64,000 nucleotides of DNA from the human T2T-CHM13v2.0 reference genome, Homo sapiens. Below, piece by piece: positions 43,918 through 58,700 of this stretch; position 1 is the first letter of the stretch; every line of letters starts with the position of its first letter. The notes under the pieces are model-generated. The model was not told the origin of the DNA. It made no database searches and saw only the letters and a program-made list of their open reading frames with translations. The position numbers and the translations under genes are program-made. The stretch lies in assembly GCF_009914755.1 (NCBI RefSeq), contig NC_060928.1; one strand, written 5' to 3'.

Positions 43918-46900
43918 GGGAGCCTATTTTCAGTACCTTTAAGGAAACAAAATTCTTACGTAGAATTTTATACCTGGCCAAACTAAGTTCCATAAGTGAA
44001 GGAGAAATAAAATAATTTCCAGATAAGCAATCATTAAAGGAATTTGTTAGCAATTGTACAGCATCTTTACAAAATATCCTTAAGTGAGTTCCAAATATAG
44101 AAACAAAAGAACAATACCTGTTACTACAAAGACAATCTTAAGTACATAGTCCATTGACCCTATAAAGCAACCACACAATAGAAACTACAAAGCAACCAGG
44201 TAACAACTTGATAACAGGATCAAAACACCACATATCAATATTAATCTGAAATGTCAGTGGTCTAAATGCTTCACTTAAAAGGCACTGATGGGCAAGTTGG
44301 ATTTAAAAAAAAAAAAGACCATTTTTTTTCGCTGTTACCAAACCACCCATCTGACGTGTAATGACACCCATAGGCTCAAAGTAAAGGGTTGGAGAAAGAT
44401 CTATCACACACAAAGAAAACAAAACAAAAACAAAAACCAAGGAAACTCTTCTTATAATAGATAAAATAGACTTTAAATCAAAACAGTAAAAAAGGACAAA
44501 GAAGAGCACTACATAAAGTATTCCATTCCACAAGAAGATTTAACTATCCTAAATAAATATGCACCCAACAATAGAGTATCCAGATTAATAACACAAGTAC
44601 TTCTGGACCCACGAAATGACTTAGACAGCCACACAATAATAGTGAGAAATTTCAATACCCCACTGACAGAGTGAGATAGATAAATGAAGAAGAAAATTAA
44701 CAAAGAAATAATGGACTTAAATTTGACACCTGACCAATTGGACCTAATAAACATATACAGAGTACTCCACCCGTCACTATAGATTATATGTCCTTCTCAT
44801 CTACCCATAGAACACATACTCTAAGATCAACCACATGCTTAGCCATAAAGCAACTCTCGATAAATTTAAAAAAATCGAAATCATACCAAGCATACTCTCA
44901 GACCACAGTGGAATAAAAAGAAATCAACACCAAGAAGATTTCTCATCTTCTCACAATTAAATGGAAATTAAACAACTTGCTCTTGAATGGCTTTTGAGTA
45001 AGCAAGGAAATTAAGAAATAAATAAAAAAATTACTTTAAATAAATGAAAATAAGCACAACATATAAAAATCTCTGAGATAAGACAAAAGCAGCATTAAGA
45101 GGAAACATTATAGTGCTAAATATCTACATCAAGAAGTTAAAAAGATTCTCAAATTAATGATTTAAAATTATACCAAGAAGAATTAGAAAAATAGGAACAA
45201 AATAACCCCAAAGGAGATGAGGAAAATAAATAAATTAGATCAGAACAGAACTGAATAAATTTAAAGCCCAAAAATCCATGCAAAGGATCTACAAAACAAA
45301 AAGCTGGTTCTGTGAAATAATAAATAAGATCAATAGACCACTAACAAAATTAAGCAAGAAAAAAAGAGAGAAGATTCAAATAAGCACAATCATAAATGGC
45401 AAAGGTGGCATTACAACCAATCCCACAGAAATACAAAGATTTTCAGAGACTATTATGAACTCCTCTATATACACAAACTAGAAAATCTAGAGGACATGGA
45501 TAAATTCCTGGAAACATAGAACCTTCCAAGATTGAATGAAGAAGAAATTAAAACCTTGAACAGAACAATGTCAAGTTCTGAAATTGAATCATTAATTAAA
45601 AAAATATATACAAAACAATAAAAGTTTGGGACCAAATGAATTCACAGCCAAATTCTACCATATGTACAAAGAAGAGCTGGTACCAATTCAACTGGAACTA
45701 TCCCAAAATTCGAGGAGTGAGGACTTGTTTCTAACTCATTCTATGAAGCCAGCATCACCTTGATACCAAAATCTGGCAAAGACAAAAAAAAAAAAAAGAA
45801 AAAAAAACTACAGGGTAATATCCTTGATGAACACGGGCACAAAAATCCTCAGCAAAATACCAGTAAACCAAATCTAACATCATATCAAAATGTTAATTCA
45901 TCACAATGAAGCAGGCTTTATTCCTGGGATTTGAAGTTGGTTTAACATACACAAAACAACAAATATTGAACTGACACTAATTATCGTAGGAAAAAAGAAC
46001 CAATAAATACGATTTACCACATAAACAGAATTAAAAACAGAAACAATATGATTACCTTAATAGATACAGGAAAAGCTTTTGATAAAATCCAACATCACTT
46101 CATGATAAAAACTCTCAATAAACTATGCATCAAAAGAACATTCTTCAAAATAAGTTTCATTTATGACCAAACCACAGCCAGTAACACACTAAACGGGCAG
46201 AAGCTAGAAGCTTCCCCTTAATAACAGGAACAGACAAGGATGCTCACTCTCACCACTGTTATTCAACATTATACTAGAAGTCCTAGCCAGATGAATCAGG
46301 CAAGAGAAAAAAATAAAAGGTATCCACATAGAAAAAGAGGAAGTCAAATTATCTTTCTTCACCAAGGATATGATTCTATACCTAGAAATCCCTAGACACT
46401 CTTCCAAAAGTCTTTTACAACTAATAAACAATTTAGCAAAGTTTCAGGATAAAAAAATCAATGTATAAAAATTGTAGCATTTCTATAAACTAGAAGTATT
46501 TAGTCTGAGAGCCAAATCAAGAATGCAATCCCATTTATAATAGCCACAAAGAAATAAAATACCTAGGAATACATCTAACCAGTGTGGTGAAAGATCTCTA
46601 CAAGGAGAACTACAAAGTAGTGCAGAAAGAAATCATAGATGACATAAACAAATGAAAAAAATTTCTTTCTCATGGATCAGAAGAATCGGTATCATTAAAA
46701 TGGCCATGCTGCCCAAACTCATCTACAGATCCAATACTATTCCTATTAAGCTACCAATATCATTTTTCACCCAATTAGAAAGAACTATTCTGAAGTTCAT
46801 ATGGAACCAAAATAGAGCGCAAATTGCCAAGGCATTCCTAAGCAAAAATAATGAAGCCAGAGATGTCACACTACCATATTCCAAACCACACTATAAGGCT

Positions 46901-48315
46901 CCAATAATAAAAACAGCATGGTACTGGTACAAAAACAAAAACATAGACCAATGGAACAGAATAGAGAGCTCAGAAATAAAGCTACACACTTACAATCTTA
47001 GGATCTTAGACAAAGTTGACAAAAATAAACAATGGGGGAAAGAACTCCGTATTCAATAAATGTTGCTAGTCATATTCAATAAATGTTGCTAGTCATATCC
47101 AATATGGCTAGTCATATGCAGAGGAATGAAACTGGACCCCTTCCTTACACCATATAAAATTAACTCAAGATGGATTAAATATTTAAATCTAAGAATTTTT
47201 AAACTATAAAAATTCTAAAAGAAAATCTAGAAAATACCATTCTAGACATTGGCCCTGGCAAATAATTTATGACTAAGTCCTCAAAAGCAATGATAACAAA
47301 AATAAAAATTGGCAAGTGAGACTGAATTAAACTAAAGAATTCCTGCCTAGCAAAAGTAACAGTCAACACGGTGAACAGATAACCTACAGAATGGAAGAAA
47401 ATATTTACAAACTAAGAGGCCTAATACCCAGAATCTATAAGAAACTTAAGCAATTCAACAAGCAAAAGACAAATGACCCTATTAAAAAGTAGGCAAAGGA
47501 TATTAATAGGCACTTCTCAAAAGGGGACATACAAGCAGCCACCAAACATATATTATAAAAAGGTTAGCATCACTAATCATCAGAGGAAAGCAACTCAAAA
47601 CCATTTCACACCAGCAAGAATGGCTACTATTAAAAAGTTAAAAAATAATAGATGCTGGTGCGGCTGTGGAGAAAAAGGGCATGTTTGTACACTGTTGGGA
47701 ATGTAAATTAATTCAGTCACTGTGAAAAGCAGTTTGGAGATTTCTCAAAGAACTTAATACAGAGCTACAATTTGACTCACCAATCCCATTACTAGATATA
47801 TACCCAAAGCAAAATAAATAGTTCTATAATAAAGACACATGCCCTTTTATGTTCATTCCAGCACTATTCCCAGGAACAAAGTCATGAAATCAACCTAGGT
47901 GCCCATCAATGGTGGATTGGATAAAGCAAAGTGGTAAATATACACCACGGAACGCTATGCAGCCATAAAAAAGAACAAAATCATGTCCTTTGCAGCAGCA
48001 TGGATGTAGTTAGTGGTCATTATCCTAAGTAAATTAATACAAGAACAGAAAACCACTTTTTTCACTTATAATTGGGATCTACACATTGGGTACACATAGA
48101 CATAAAGATGGGAACAATAGACACCAGGGACTACTAGAGTGGGCAGAGACACAGAGGGTAAGGGCTGAAAAACTGCCTATTGGTTAATATGCTCACTACC
48201 TGGGTGATGGCGATCATTGGTACCCCAAACCTCAGCATCATGAAATTTGCTCATGTAACTAACCGCAGGTGCACCCTTTGAATCTAAAATAAAAATTGAA
48301 ATTATATTTTTAAAA
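43918..48315 (+). mobile_element. 5'-truncated L1PA15/16-like LINE-1 (ORF1 end, ORF2, 3'UTR), decayed
   Basis: ORF2 fragments ([17 protein letters not shown]; [21 protein letters not shown]); 3'UTR ending gaatctaaaataaaa. Confidence 0.92.
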
Positions 48316-48479
48316 ATCACAAAGTGAAAATCTTTTTAATGTAAGAAAGTATCTTATATAAAAGCACAGGTTTATTTCAAATTTTAAAATCATGATCTTT
48401 TAACAGAGAATAAAGAGACAGGTAGGTAGATGATAGATAGACAGGCAAATCTATCTATAGATATAGGAAAATAATATTA

Positions 48480-49075
48480 CTCTATTTGTCTGTGTTCATG
48501 AAGTATATTGTTCTATAAGTGTTTTCCCTTGTAATGTCCTTGTATGGTTTAAGAATCAAGGTAATGATGATTTTACAGAATAAGTTGAGAAGTATCTGTC
48601 TCCATTCTTAGTTCTGAAAGAGTTTATTTTATGTAGGCTTGAAATAATTTTCACCCTTGAATTTTTTATGAAACTAATCAATAAGCACATGTGGGACTGA
48701 ATTTCTTTTTTTTTGGAAATTTTGTAATTACAAATATTTTTCTAATGAATATGATGAAATTCAATTTCTATTCATTCTTTTGTAACTTTTTATAATTTGT
48801 GTCTACTAAGCAATTTAAATTTTTCATATGTATTTATGGGCGTAGCATTGTTCAACATATCTCCACATTAACTTTTCAACATCTGTGGAATCAGCAGTTA
48901 TAGATCCTTTTTCATTTCTAATTTTGGAAATTGCTGATTTTTCTCTTTTATCTTTATTATTCTATCTAGATGTTTATTAATTTTAGATCTTATTTAAAAA
49001 CTTTATTTTACTGATCTTCTCTAATATTAGTCTGTTTTCTCTAGAAAAAATATTTTTTATTATTTCCATCATCTT
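48480..49075 (-). mobile_element. Ancient L1M ORF2 fragment
   Basis: tgttcatgaagtatattg..atcaaggtaatg..agaataagttgagaagt resembles antisense ORF2. Confidence 0.65.
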
Positions 49076-50256
49076 ATCTGGGAGATGAAATCATATCAAA
49101 TTTGGTAAGTTTTGACTGTGATTTATCCAAACATTTCATGCTCCTCTCTCTTGGACTTGCTTTAAGACTTGCTGTTTGAAGAATGGATTAACAGATTCTT
49201 TTAAAAGCTAATAGTTTTCTATCACTCATAATATAGATAGAATGAGTTGGGCTGCTCTAAGAGTAATTTCAAAGGTAAATAAATAGTTCCTGATAATAAA
49301 GGAATGTTAGTGGAATTAGAGCATTGTGATGAGTTATAGAATATGATAATGGAAATGACTTTTTGCTTATGCAATTGTGTAGCTTTTGATGTTATTATGT
49401 GATTTATATTATTTTTTAAGATAAACTGTGAATTTTGTAACTGTATTTTCTTAGTAAACTTCTCAGAAAGTAAAAAGTGTACATTTTAGAACCTAAAAAC
49501 TATTTAAAGATGGTGGTGAAATGGATGAAAGGATTTCTGAACAGTCTGGGCCGGGTTGGTTGATGAACTTTCATCAAAATTTTTATCTTATTTTCCATTT
49601 CACTTACATTAGTTTCTCTTAAAGTTTGCTATATGTCAGTCTGGAGTCACTCTAATAGCTATGTAACATTTTCTAAGAATGAATAATATTTTGAGCATAT
49701 GATGTTTGCATTGCCAATCTATAAAACATAATTTATGGAGATATAATTGTAAAATATATTTTATTACTTACATACAGTGAAGAAGAAACAGGTAATTCTA
49801 ACCTAAAAAAATACACATAAAAATTATCTACTCTGCTTGTTTTTGTTGGTTTTATTCTGGGTCTTTGTTATATTCTATTTTATCTCCACCTCTTTCTGTT
49901 TCCCTTATATGCTCAAATATACTTTTTAGTTGAATAGATTTGTCAAGAATTTGTTTGTTTCCAGTGAGTTTATTGCTCAGAGAAAAGCTGAGATTTTGAA
50001 AGAAAAAAAAAAGTAAAGTTTTTCAACCTAGTTTAATAGGTCTATTGTATTTTACATTTAGAAGAAATGATTCATAAGGTTTCTCCCATTCTCAGAACTA
50101 GAATACCTGTTTATCAGAATCATCTAAACAGCTACAGGGCATCAATTTGGTACTTGAATTTTTGTCTGTACAAATAGCAGAATTTTTGTATAGTAAAATT
50201 TTAAGTTATCAAAATAATAGGTACAACCTGCTACTATTTCTACTGCTATTGTCAGA

Positions 50257-50492
50257 TAATAATAAAACAATTAACATGCATTGAGAGCTTATTACATACT
50301 AAGCAAGTTTGTAACCATTTTTCATGTATTAACTCTTGTAATTACCACATAAACAATATGAAGAACATAACATACACATATCTATTTTATAAAGGATGAA
50401 AGTCAGGTGCGTCAGATGTATCTTGCCAAAGGTTCTACAGTAAGTGGCAGTGTTCAGGTTTCAACTCGATTGCTTGAACTCTAAAGTTCACT
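50257..50492 (-). mobile_element. MIR remnant
   Basis: catgtattaactc..ctattttataaaggatgaaa..cttgccaaaggtt..gtaagtggcag. Confidence 0.65.
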
Positions 50493-51396
50493 CAGTACGA
50501 AATATTATGGTCAGTTTTATTCTTCAATGAATAAGTACCATCATTAAAGGCTTAGTGGCTGCCTGAATTAATTGTGGCAGCGTTTCTATGGATAGCATTT
50601 GCTCTTTCAGATTACCTCTATATATCATCTATAAATTTTCAAGCCTATAAAATGGAAATATTCATTAATATCAGTGATAGTACTCAAAATTTCAGTCCAT
50701 ATTTCTGATTAATCTAAATGAAGTGAATTATTAACATTCACAAGGAGTATTTGAACCAGCGATGTCTGATTTCTGATCTAGCTTCAACTGACTTCATGTG
50801 TAAAGTTTTATATAACTTTGTGCATGACTTCTTACATAACTTCTTGTACAATTTGTGTAAATTGTGTAACTGACTTGTATAACTGCAAATTAATCGGTTT
50901 ATTTGTGGTTTAGTTTGTGGAGGATATAGATTTTCTAAGGAAGCATTTTCTCATGTTTTGTGGTTACATAACTGATATCTTATAGTTTATTAGTAAATAA
51001 TTAACACTAAACACAATCTAATTGCTTTATCCCTTAAGTGGTTGCAATAAGCAAGACATTGTTTTATATCACTTCAGTGTATTAAATTTTGATACCTAGG
51101 ATAAAGAGCTGTAACTCACTCGCCTTATATTGGGAGGGGCATAAAATACAGTACTCACCTTGTTTTAAAAAGTTATTTTGGCACACTTTTAAATATATTT
51201 AGGAGAAAAATATTTTTGAGAAGTACAATATTTTATATTAAAACATTGATTGTTTCCAACATGAATATTGTTAAATAGTGATTTATTCCAGGAAACCATG
51301 AAAAGGTGTCAACAAAATAGTAAAAAAATTGTATCCTGCAAGCTCAATTTTTAGTGAGGCTAAGAGATAGACATTATTTACAAACACGAAAATAAA

Positions 51397-51878
51397 TGTG
51401 TCTTTTATGTCCCTGCTGACAGACAATGCCATTTCTGAAATATTCTATGCTTTCTTTGTATCACAGAGGTTGGAAGTCTGTAAACTATTTTTCCTAGAAT
51501 CCCCTATTATTTTTGTTTCAGTGGAAACTCTTCTAGTGAGAGGCCTGCATGTGAGATATGGAAGGCAGAGCAGAATTTTTCCAGACAGAAAAAGGAAGAT
51601 ATGAATGCCAACCTCAGCATGGGACCTTTTCATCTCTTCTGCAAACTCCCCTAGAAATTTCTTAAGTCACTCCTAAAGGCAGCTGTGACCATTGGCCAAA
51701 ACTTTCCTGCAGTACTGAAACTAATGGCAAAAACTAAAAAAGAGTTTCAATGTTCTCTGACCATCTCTCTTTTAACACTTTTGAGTGTTGCATAAACATC
51801 TAATTTCCTGTGTTTAATATTTTCTAGATTGAAATGTAGAGTGGTTTCTTAATACTAGATAAAATCCTGGCTAATACT
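51397..51878 (+). mobile_element. Old ERVL LTR (LTR33/LTR16-like)
   Basis: 3' end 'ttgaaatgtagagtggtttct..cctggctaatac' followed by a decayed ERVL leader (agaagtggttccagg). Confidence 0.55.
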
Positions 51879-54300
51879 GTTATTTTAGAAGTGGTTCCAG
51901 GAAAAACATCTGCACAAACATAAACCTAGTATTTGCTATCAACTTAGTTAATTTTGAAGACAACGATGATTACATCATCAGACAAAAATTGGTTATAAGT
52001 TTCTATCATTTAGTTAAAATCGGGTATGTGAATTATAATGTCTATTTCACTGGAATAAAGTGTCTATATAAAGAAAGTAAATGAGTGATCATGTGGCTGC
52101 TGAAATGGAGTATTACAATAGGAGTCATGATTCTTAGGGTTTGGGGAGGACTGTCTGTTTTGTATTACACACAAAAGTCTTACACAGACAATGGAATGTT
52201 CAGGGCTTTACATCCGGACCTCAAAGCAAGCCTGGAAAAATAAAGATTTGTTGATTGCTGTAAATTTTTTTAAAATCATTTCTAGCCCAGGGATTGAAAT
52301 ATCTTACTAAGACACAAATTAGATTTTTCAGATTGCAGAATGACAACTCAATTTAGATTTATAGCCTTGCCAAGGCTTCTATATGGATGTTATTGTATCA
52401 ATAGGGAGAGAATGGCACCTGGAAAATTTTTTGAAAGGTACACTTTAATAGAATCAGAAAAAATCAAGGTTCTTAAATTGCCAGGTTCTACAAAGTGTAT
52501 CTTCTCAGCATCAATAACCATTTTCCTCTATATGAGGAAGCTAGAATCCCTTTAAGAGCCTCTTTAAGAACCTTAATTTGGACATCAACCTTTTTTATAT
52601 GCTGATTCTAAGCAAGATCTAACCATATCACCATTTGTGTATCTAGACTAAGGAAGGCTAGGGTAGATCTTGTCATATTCCAGGATAATGAGTCCCACAT
52701 CTGAATAAGCAGGAGATGGTTTATATACACAGAAACCTGAAGGAAATGAATGAAAATGGCTTCAAGATAAGGTAGGAAAAAAATGGCAAGCCAAATGTAC
52801 TTACCAAACATGCTAGGTTTAATACTTTAATTCACAAATCTGAGATTAACTCTAACAGTTTGCATAGCTGGTAACTTATCCTTGACTCAACAGTGGCCTA
52901 CATTAAATAAAGCCTGAATGCCAGAACTTTCTTGGTAAAATATAGAAATAGAAATTTGAAAAGTTAGAAAGATAGAAATTTTGGAACAGATTTTTCTCTA
53001 TTTAAGTTTTGTATTAATACATAATATTTATACATATTTACGGTACAAATGTGATACTTTGATATACACATAAAATGTGTAATGATCAAATCAGGCTATT
53101 TAGGATATTCATCATCTTGCACAGTTGTCATTTCTTTGCATGAGGAACATTTCAAATCTTTTCAGCTATTTTGAAATATATAATAACACTGTTGTTAACT
53201 ATATTCACCCTACTGTGAGACTGAACCATGGAACTTATTTTCTCTATTTAATCGTATGTTTGTAGCCATTAACCAACCTCTTTTCTCATCCTTCTGCCAA
53301 CACACCACACACCACACCCTTCCCAATGTCTGATAACCATATATCTACTCTCTACCTCTATGAAATCAACTCTTTTATGTCCCACTTATGAGTGAGAATA
53401 TGCAATATTTGTCTTTCTGTACCTCTCTTATTTTGCTTAACCTAATGACCTCCAGTTCCATCTATGTTGCTGCAAATAACAGAATTTTAAGCCTCTGTAT
53501 GGCTGGATAGTATTCCATTGTGTATTTTACTACATTTTCTTTATCTTTTCATCCATTGTTGACACTCAGCTTGATTTCATATCTTGGTTATTGTGAATTC
53601 TTGTCTGACTCGCTTAGTCTCCTCCCTATTATAAATCTTTGTCTCCAAGAATTCGTTGGGTGATACCATCTTCATCAAGAAATGAAAAAGTTCATTGGTA
53701 AGATTGATGATAACATGCTTAGAGAACTCTACAGCACAAGTCTTTTCCAGCCTGGAAGAAGCCATCATTAAAATGAGTCTCTCTAATTTCAAGAGGATGA
53801 TAAGATCTCAGAGGAGTCAAGTGACTCTCCCTAAACACCTGGGACATAGTTAATGTGGCAATCAAAAGGTCAACAGAGCCTAAATAATAATAAGAATACC
53901 TAACCAGTAGAGATCATGATGTTCCAAGGACCAAAATATATTAGCAGTTTGCTAAGATCTTAATGGATATTTATAATTTAAAAGAAACAAAACAGAATAA
54001 AAACAGGCCAAACACTATAGGTCTGTTGTACTGTCTACTTTCTCTACCACAGAAGGTCACCATTTCCCAGTGATGTCCCAGACCTAGTTCACAGCCTTAG
54101 AGTCCCTTGAACTCTGAAACTCAGATAAAAATATTTACTGTCATTTTTCCTACTCTTCTTTTCAAAAGGTACTTTCAGCTTATGATCATTGGGAATAAAT
54201 ACTACGAAAAGGGAAATATCCTGTTATAAGGAATTACTGGATACTATCTCTTAGGTGACATTAATTTTGGGGGCTCCAATTATCACTATGTTTTGCAAAC
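51879..54300 (+). mobile_element. Decayed ERVL internal region (gag and protease remnants), split by an L1
   Basis: QWPTLNKA*MPELSW*NIE near 52891 (ERVL gag WPT..MPELPW) and ELLDTIS*VTLI near 54231 (protease LLDTGSELTLI). Confidence 0.7.
52996..53598 (-). mobile_element. L1MA3-5-like 3' fragment
   Basis: aatgtgtaatgatcaaatcagg..catttctttg..gaacatttcaaatc. Confidence 0.85.
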
Positions 54301-54995
54301 AAAAATACTCAAATCAATAAATGCAGGCTTGAAGACCTGTTAGTGCCCCCACCTCAGACTGTGATCTTTACTGGAAAGCTAATTCACATCAAGATCTACC
54401 TACATCATCCTTCATATTGTAAAGGGTTGTGTGGGTAAATATTTTGGGGGAAGAAAAGACATATAAGTTTATCCAATCAATTTTTTTAAAAACTTACGTT
54501 CAGATAAACAAAATATGAAAAGATAGGAGGGGAAAAAGAAGGAGCAAAGACTAAAACAATTGGAATATTAAAATAAATCAGTCAAAATAAATGAATTAGA
54601 AAACAGAAAAACTGAAAAATTTTCTGGAAAAAAAGTAATATAACAAAATAGACCACAGAAGAAATGGCCTTTTGAGAATTGTTTTCAAAAATGAAGAAAG
54701 AAAGTTGGAAAAAGAGTCCCCCAAAATAATAAATAAAACAGATGAAGCATAAACCATTTTCTAGGATTCTCCTATAAAAGAAGAGCTCATTTAAATGCTA
54801 TTTGAACTGTTCTAAGAAGAGGAAGTAAAGTAACTCAATTTTTAATGTGAGTTCTGTTCTAAGAAGAGGAAGTACCTGTTCTAATAAGAGGAAGTAAAAT
54901 AACTCACTTGTTAAAGGCAAGTATATTTTCAAAATCAAAACCTGACAAACATTACCCAAACAAACAGAATTACAGACAAGCTTGATTGTGAATAC

Positions 54996-55427
54996 TATAG
55001 TGACCTCCCAAAAAATATTTGTACCAGAAAATGTGAGTGTGACCTTATTTGAACAAACAGCTTTGCAGATGTAATATAAGTCAAGGATTTTCAGACGAGA
55101 TCCCTTGGATTATCCAGGTGGCCTTTAAATTCTTATGAGAAGGTGAGAAAGAAAAAAGACATTTGAGACAGAGGAGAAGACTCTGTGAAGAGAGAGGCAG
55201 AGATAAGAGTTAAGCAGCTACCTGCTAGGGAACATCTGGGACCAACAGAACCTGGAAGAAGCAAGGAACAGAATCCCTCCTAGATTCATTCTCTAGATGG
55301 AGTGTGGCCAAACCAACACCTTGATTTCAGATTTCTGGCCTCCAAAACTGTGAAAAAATATGTTTCTGCTGCTGTAAGCCACTCACTTTGTGGTAGTTTA
55401 GTATGGCCACCTTAGGCAAGTAATAAA
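54996..55427 (+). mobile_element. MLT1C solo LTR
   Basis: gtgaccttattt..ctttgcagatgtaat..ggattatccaggtgg..caccttgatttcagatttctggcctcc; TSD aatac/aatat. Confidence 0.85.
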
Positions 55428-55609
55428 AATATTGATGAACATATTTTAAGTAAAATATTAACAGCAGAATTCATCAGTGGTTGAAAGGATAATTCATCAT
55501 AACTAAGCAGTGATTGTTATATTAATACTGGGGATTTTTTTATCTTTAAGGGAAAGATATAGAAAGAATAATAAGAAACATGTATGTAATATTTTCTGTG
55601 TACCTCTCT

Positions 55610-55810
55610 CTGTTCAAAGCAGTTTACAGTTAATCATCATAATGACCTTATGAAATAGGTCCATGCCATTTCTATTTTACAAAAGAAGACTAGAAGAACC
55701 TAAAATAAAGGAAGGTTAAGTTGCTTCTAAAAGATAGCGTAGCATAGTGAAACTGGATTGTGAATACAAGTGTCTAGGTCCAAATTTCATGTATTTTAAC
55801 ACTGTGATAT
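55610..55810 (-). mobile_element. MIR remnant
   Basis: ttaatcatcataatgaccttatgaaatagg..ctattttacaaaagaaga. Confidence 0.55.
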
Positions 55811-57242
55811 GATCATCTCCATGGATGCTAAAATGGGGATTCATAGAAGGCAATAATCAATCTTGCTTAAAACTCTTAATTTATTAAGATTAGATATATA
55901 GCTATTTATCATTAGAAAATGTACAAATTTTAAACTCCAAATCAGAATAATGCTTAAAACAGAAATACCAGATTCATTTCCATTACAGTCAGAAGTAAAC
56001 AAGGACACCCACTATTCCTAATATTAACATATTATCATTACACTGCATGTGCTAAAAAAAAATAAGGCAGGATAAAGGTTAAAAAATGTGAACTATAAAA
56101 CTGCTCATATATATGTAATTTTTTCATATATTTAAAATAGGAATATTTTACAAGAGGAGATGTTTCTGCCTAATTCTTGTTTTTATCCTTGCCCTTACCA
56201 GATAATGTTGCAAGAATATAACACATTGCAGAGTGTTTGCACTGTTCTCATTGCAAGAGTGAGATGAGACATGAACACAGTTTTAGAGCTTAAGTGTGAC
56301 TAAATAGCTCATCTAATATAAATGAGATTACGCTTTTCAGGCCCTTGTACTTGTTGCCAAGGAAATGGAATCCCCTCATCCTGTTAGTAAAATCATAGTT
56401 AAAATAGCCACATGATAATGAGTAAAGAACAATCAGGGTTAGAAACAATAGATGGTTTAATTCCAACTTAGGGAACAAGAACTGGGGAAGCATGAGGTAT
56501 TTATGTAGCAGAATAAAAGATTAAATTAAAAGAAAATGATACATTTTGGACAAATGAATTAAATAAAAGAAGAAAAGGAAATCATTTAATTTCTATGTTA
56601 AATAAAGGGACTTTATTGAGCCAGAATGGTCTGGCATTTTGTGGGGTTTGTAAACCTATCATAGAACCCTATCTACTTTTATTCTGGTAAGTAGACAAAA
56701 GCGAGTGCAGGTTGATGCATGTTGCCTCACTTACCCCAAGTGGTAACATTACTATATGAATAAAATCTCTAAAGCAAACAAAGGGGATGAGAAGAACGTG
56801 TTACCAGCTCACAGCTTGACTGAGTCATCCATGTAAGTGCAGACCTCTTCTCATTAGTTGCTTACCTACTGATCATCAGGAAGTAAAGGAGCACATGTCA
56901 CCAACACCAATTCTCAGCCTGAAAGTTAGTTCAGACCTTAGTTTAGACCATACTTGTAAGACATGGTTCCTTGTAAAGCTTACTGCAGAGAGGTAATTTT
57001 GCGAGGTTCCTAGATTGTGTTATTTGTTTCCAGTTCCTCATAATTAAGTGCGGCTAATCATCACTAGATTTGTGCTTTCCAAGATAAGGACTTAATTTTT
57101 TTATAATAGCCCAGATCATTTTATTTCTTCATAGCTAAAATGCAATGGTTTAAAAAAATCATGTTATCTATCTATCTATCTGTCTATCTATATCATAAAT
57201 ATATGAGTTCATGGTTAATATTCATGAATTGACAAGCATAAG

Positions 57243-57923
<681 letters not shown>

Positions 57924-58062
57924 ATGAGATATGTTAAAATTATTTTTATTATCTGTTATATCCCAAGTTAAAAATGTTTAAAATTTGCTTGGTTCATTTA
58001 TCTTCAGAATAATCGTAGCAGCTCGGTTGGCAACACTGGTTCTTCCTCTACATAGACTTTCT

Positions 58063-58700
58063 TTTTTTTTATTTTTATTAGTATACTTTAAGTTTTAGGG
58101 TACATGTGCACAATGTGCAGGTTTGTTACATATGTATACATGTGCCATGTTGGTGTGCTGCACCCATTAACTCGTCATTTAGCATTAGGTATATCTCCTA
58201 ATGCTATCCCTCCCCACTCCCCCCACCCCACAACAGTCCCTGGAGTGTGATGTTCCCCTTCATGTGTCCATGTGTTCTCATTGTTCAATTCCCACCTATG
58301 AGTGAGAACATGTGGTGTTCGGTTTTTTGTCCTTGCGATAGTTTGCTGAGAATGATAGTTTCCAGTTTCATCCATGTCCCTACAAAGGACATGAACTCAT
58401 CATTTTTTATGGCTGCATAGTATTCCATGGTGTATATGTGCCACATTTTCTTAATCCAGTCTATCGTTGTTGGACATTTGGGTTGGTTCCAAGTCTTTGC
58501 TATTGTGAATAGTGCCGCAATAAACATACGTGTGCATGTGTCTCTATAGCAGCATGATTTATAATCCTTTGGGTATCTACCCGGTAATGGGATGGCTGGG
58601 TCAAATGGTATTTCTAGTTCTAGATCCCTGAGGAATCGCCACACTGACTTCCACAATGGTTGAACTAGTTTATAGTCCCACCAACAGTGTAAAAGTGTTC
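58063..58700 (-). mobile_element. 5'-truncated L1PA4/5-like element
   Basis: Intact ORF2 C-terminus (58285-58656) and 3'UTR; perfect 16-bp TSD tctacatagactttct; TT/AGAA endonuclease site. Confidence 0.95.

Larger units (their letters stand above)
54460..56100 (+). mobile_element. Ancient L1M ORF2 remnants interrupted by MLT1C and MIR
   Basis: A-rich; atcaaaacctgacaaa..ttacagac; aaaatattaacagcagaattcatcag; acaaggacacccact. Confidence 0.55.

Noticed and set aside
45966-45990. NUMT (resemblance to mitochondrial 16S TGAACTGACA)
   Set aside because: Only about 10 nt match by recollection, which is not significant.
54807-54896. CRISPR-like direct repeats
   Set aside because: Spacers are 26 and 1 nt, there are only three copies, no cas genes, and the context is human; this is a local duplication.
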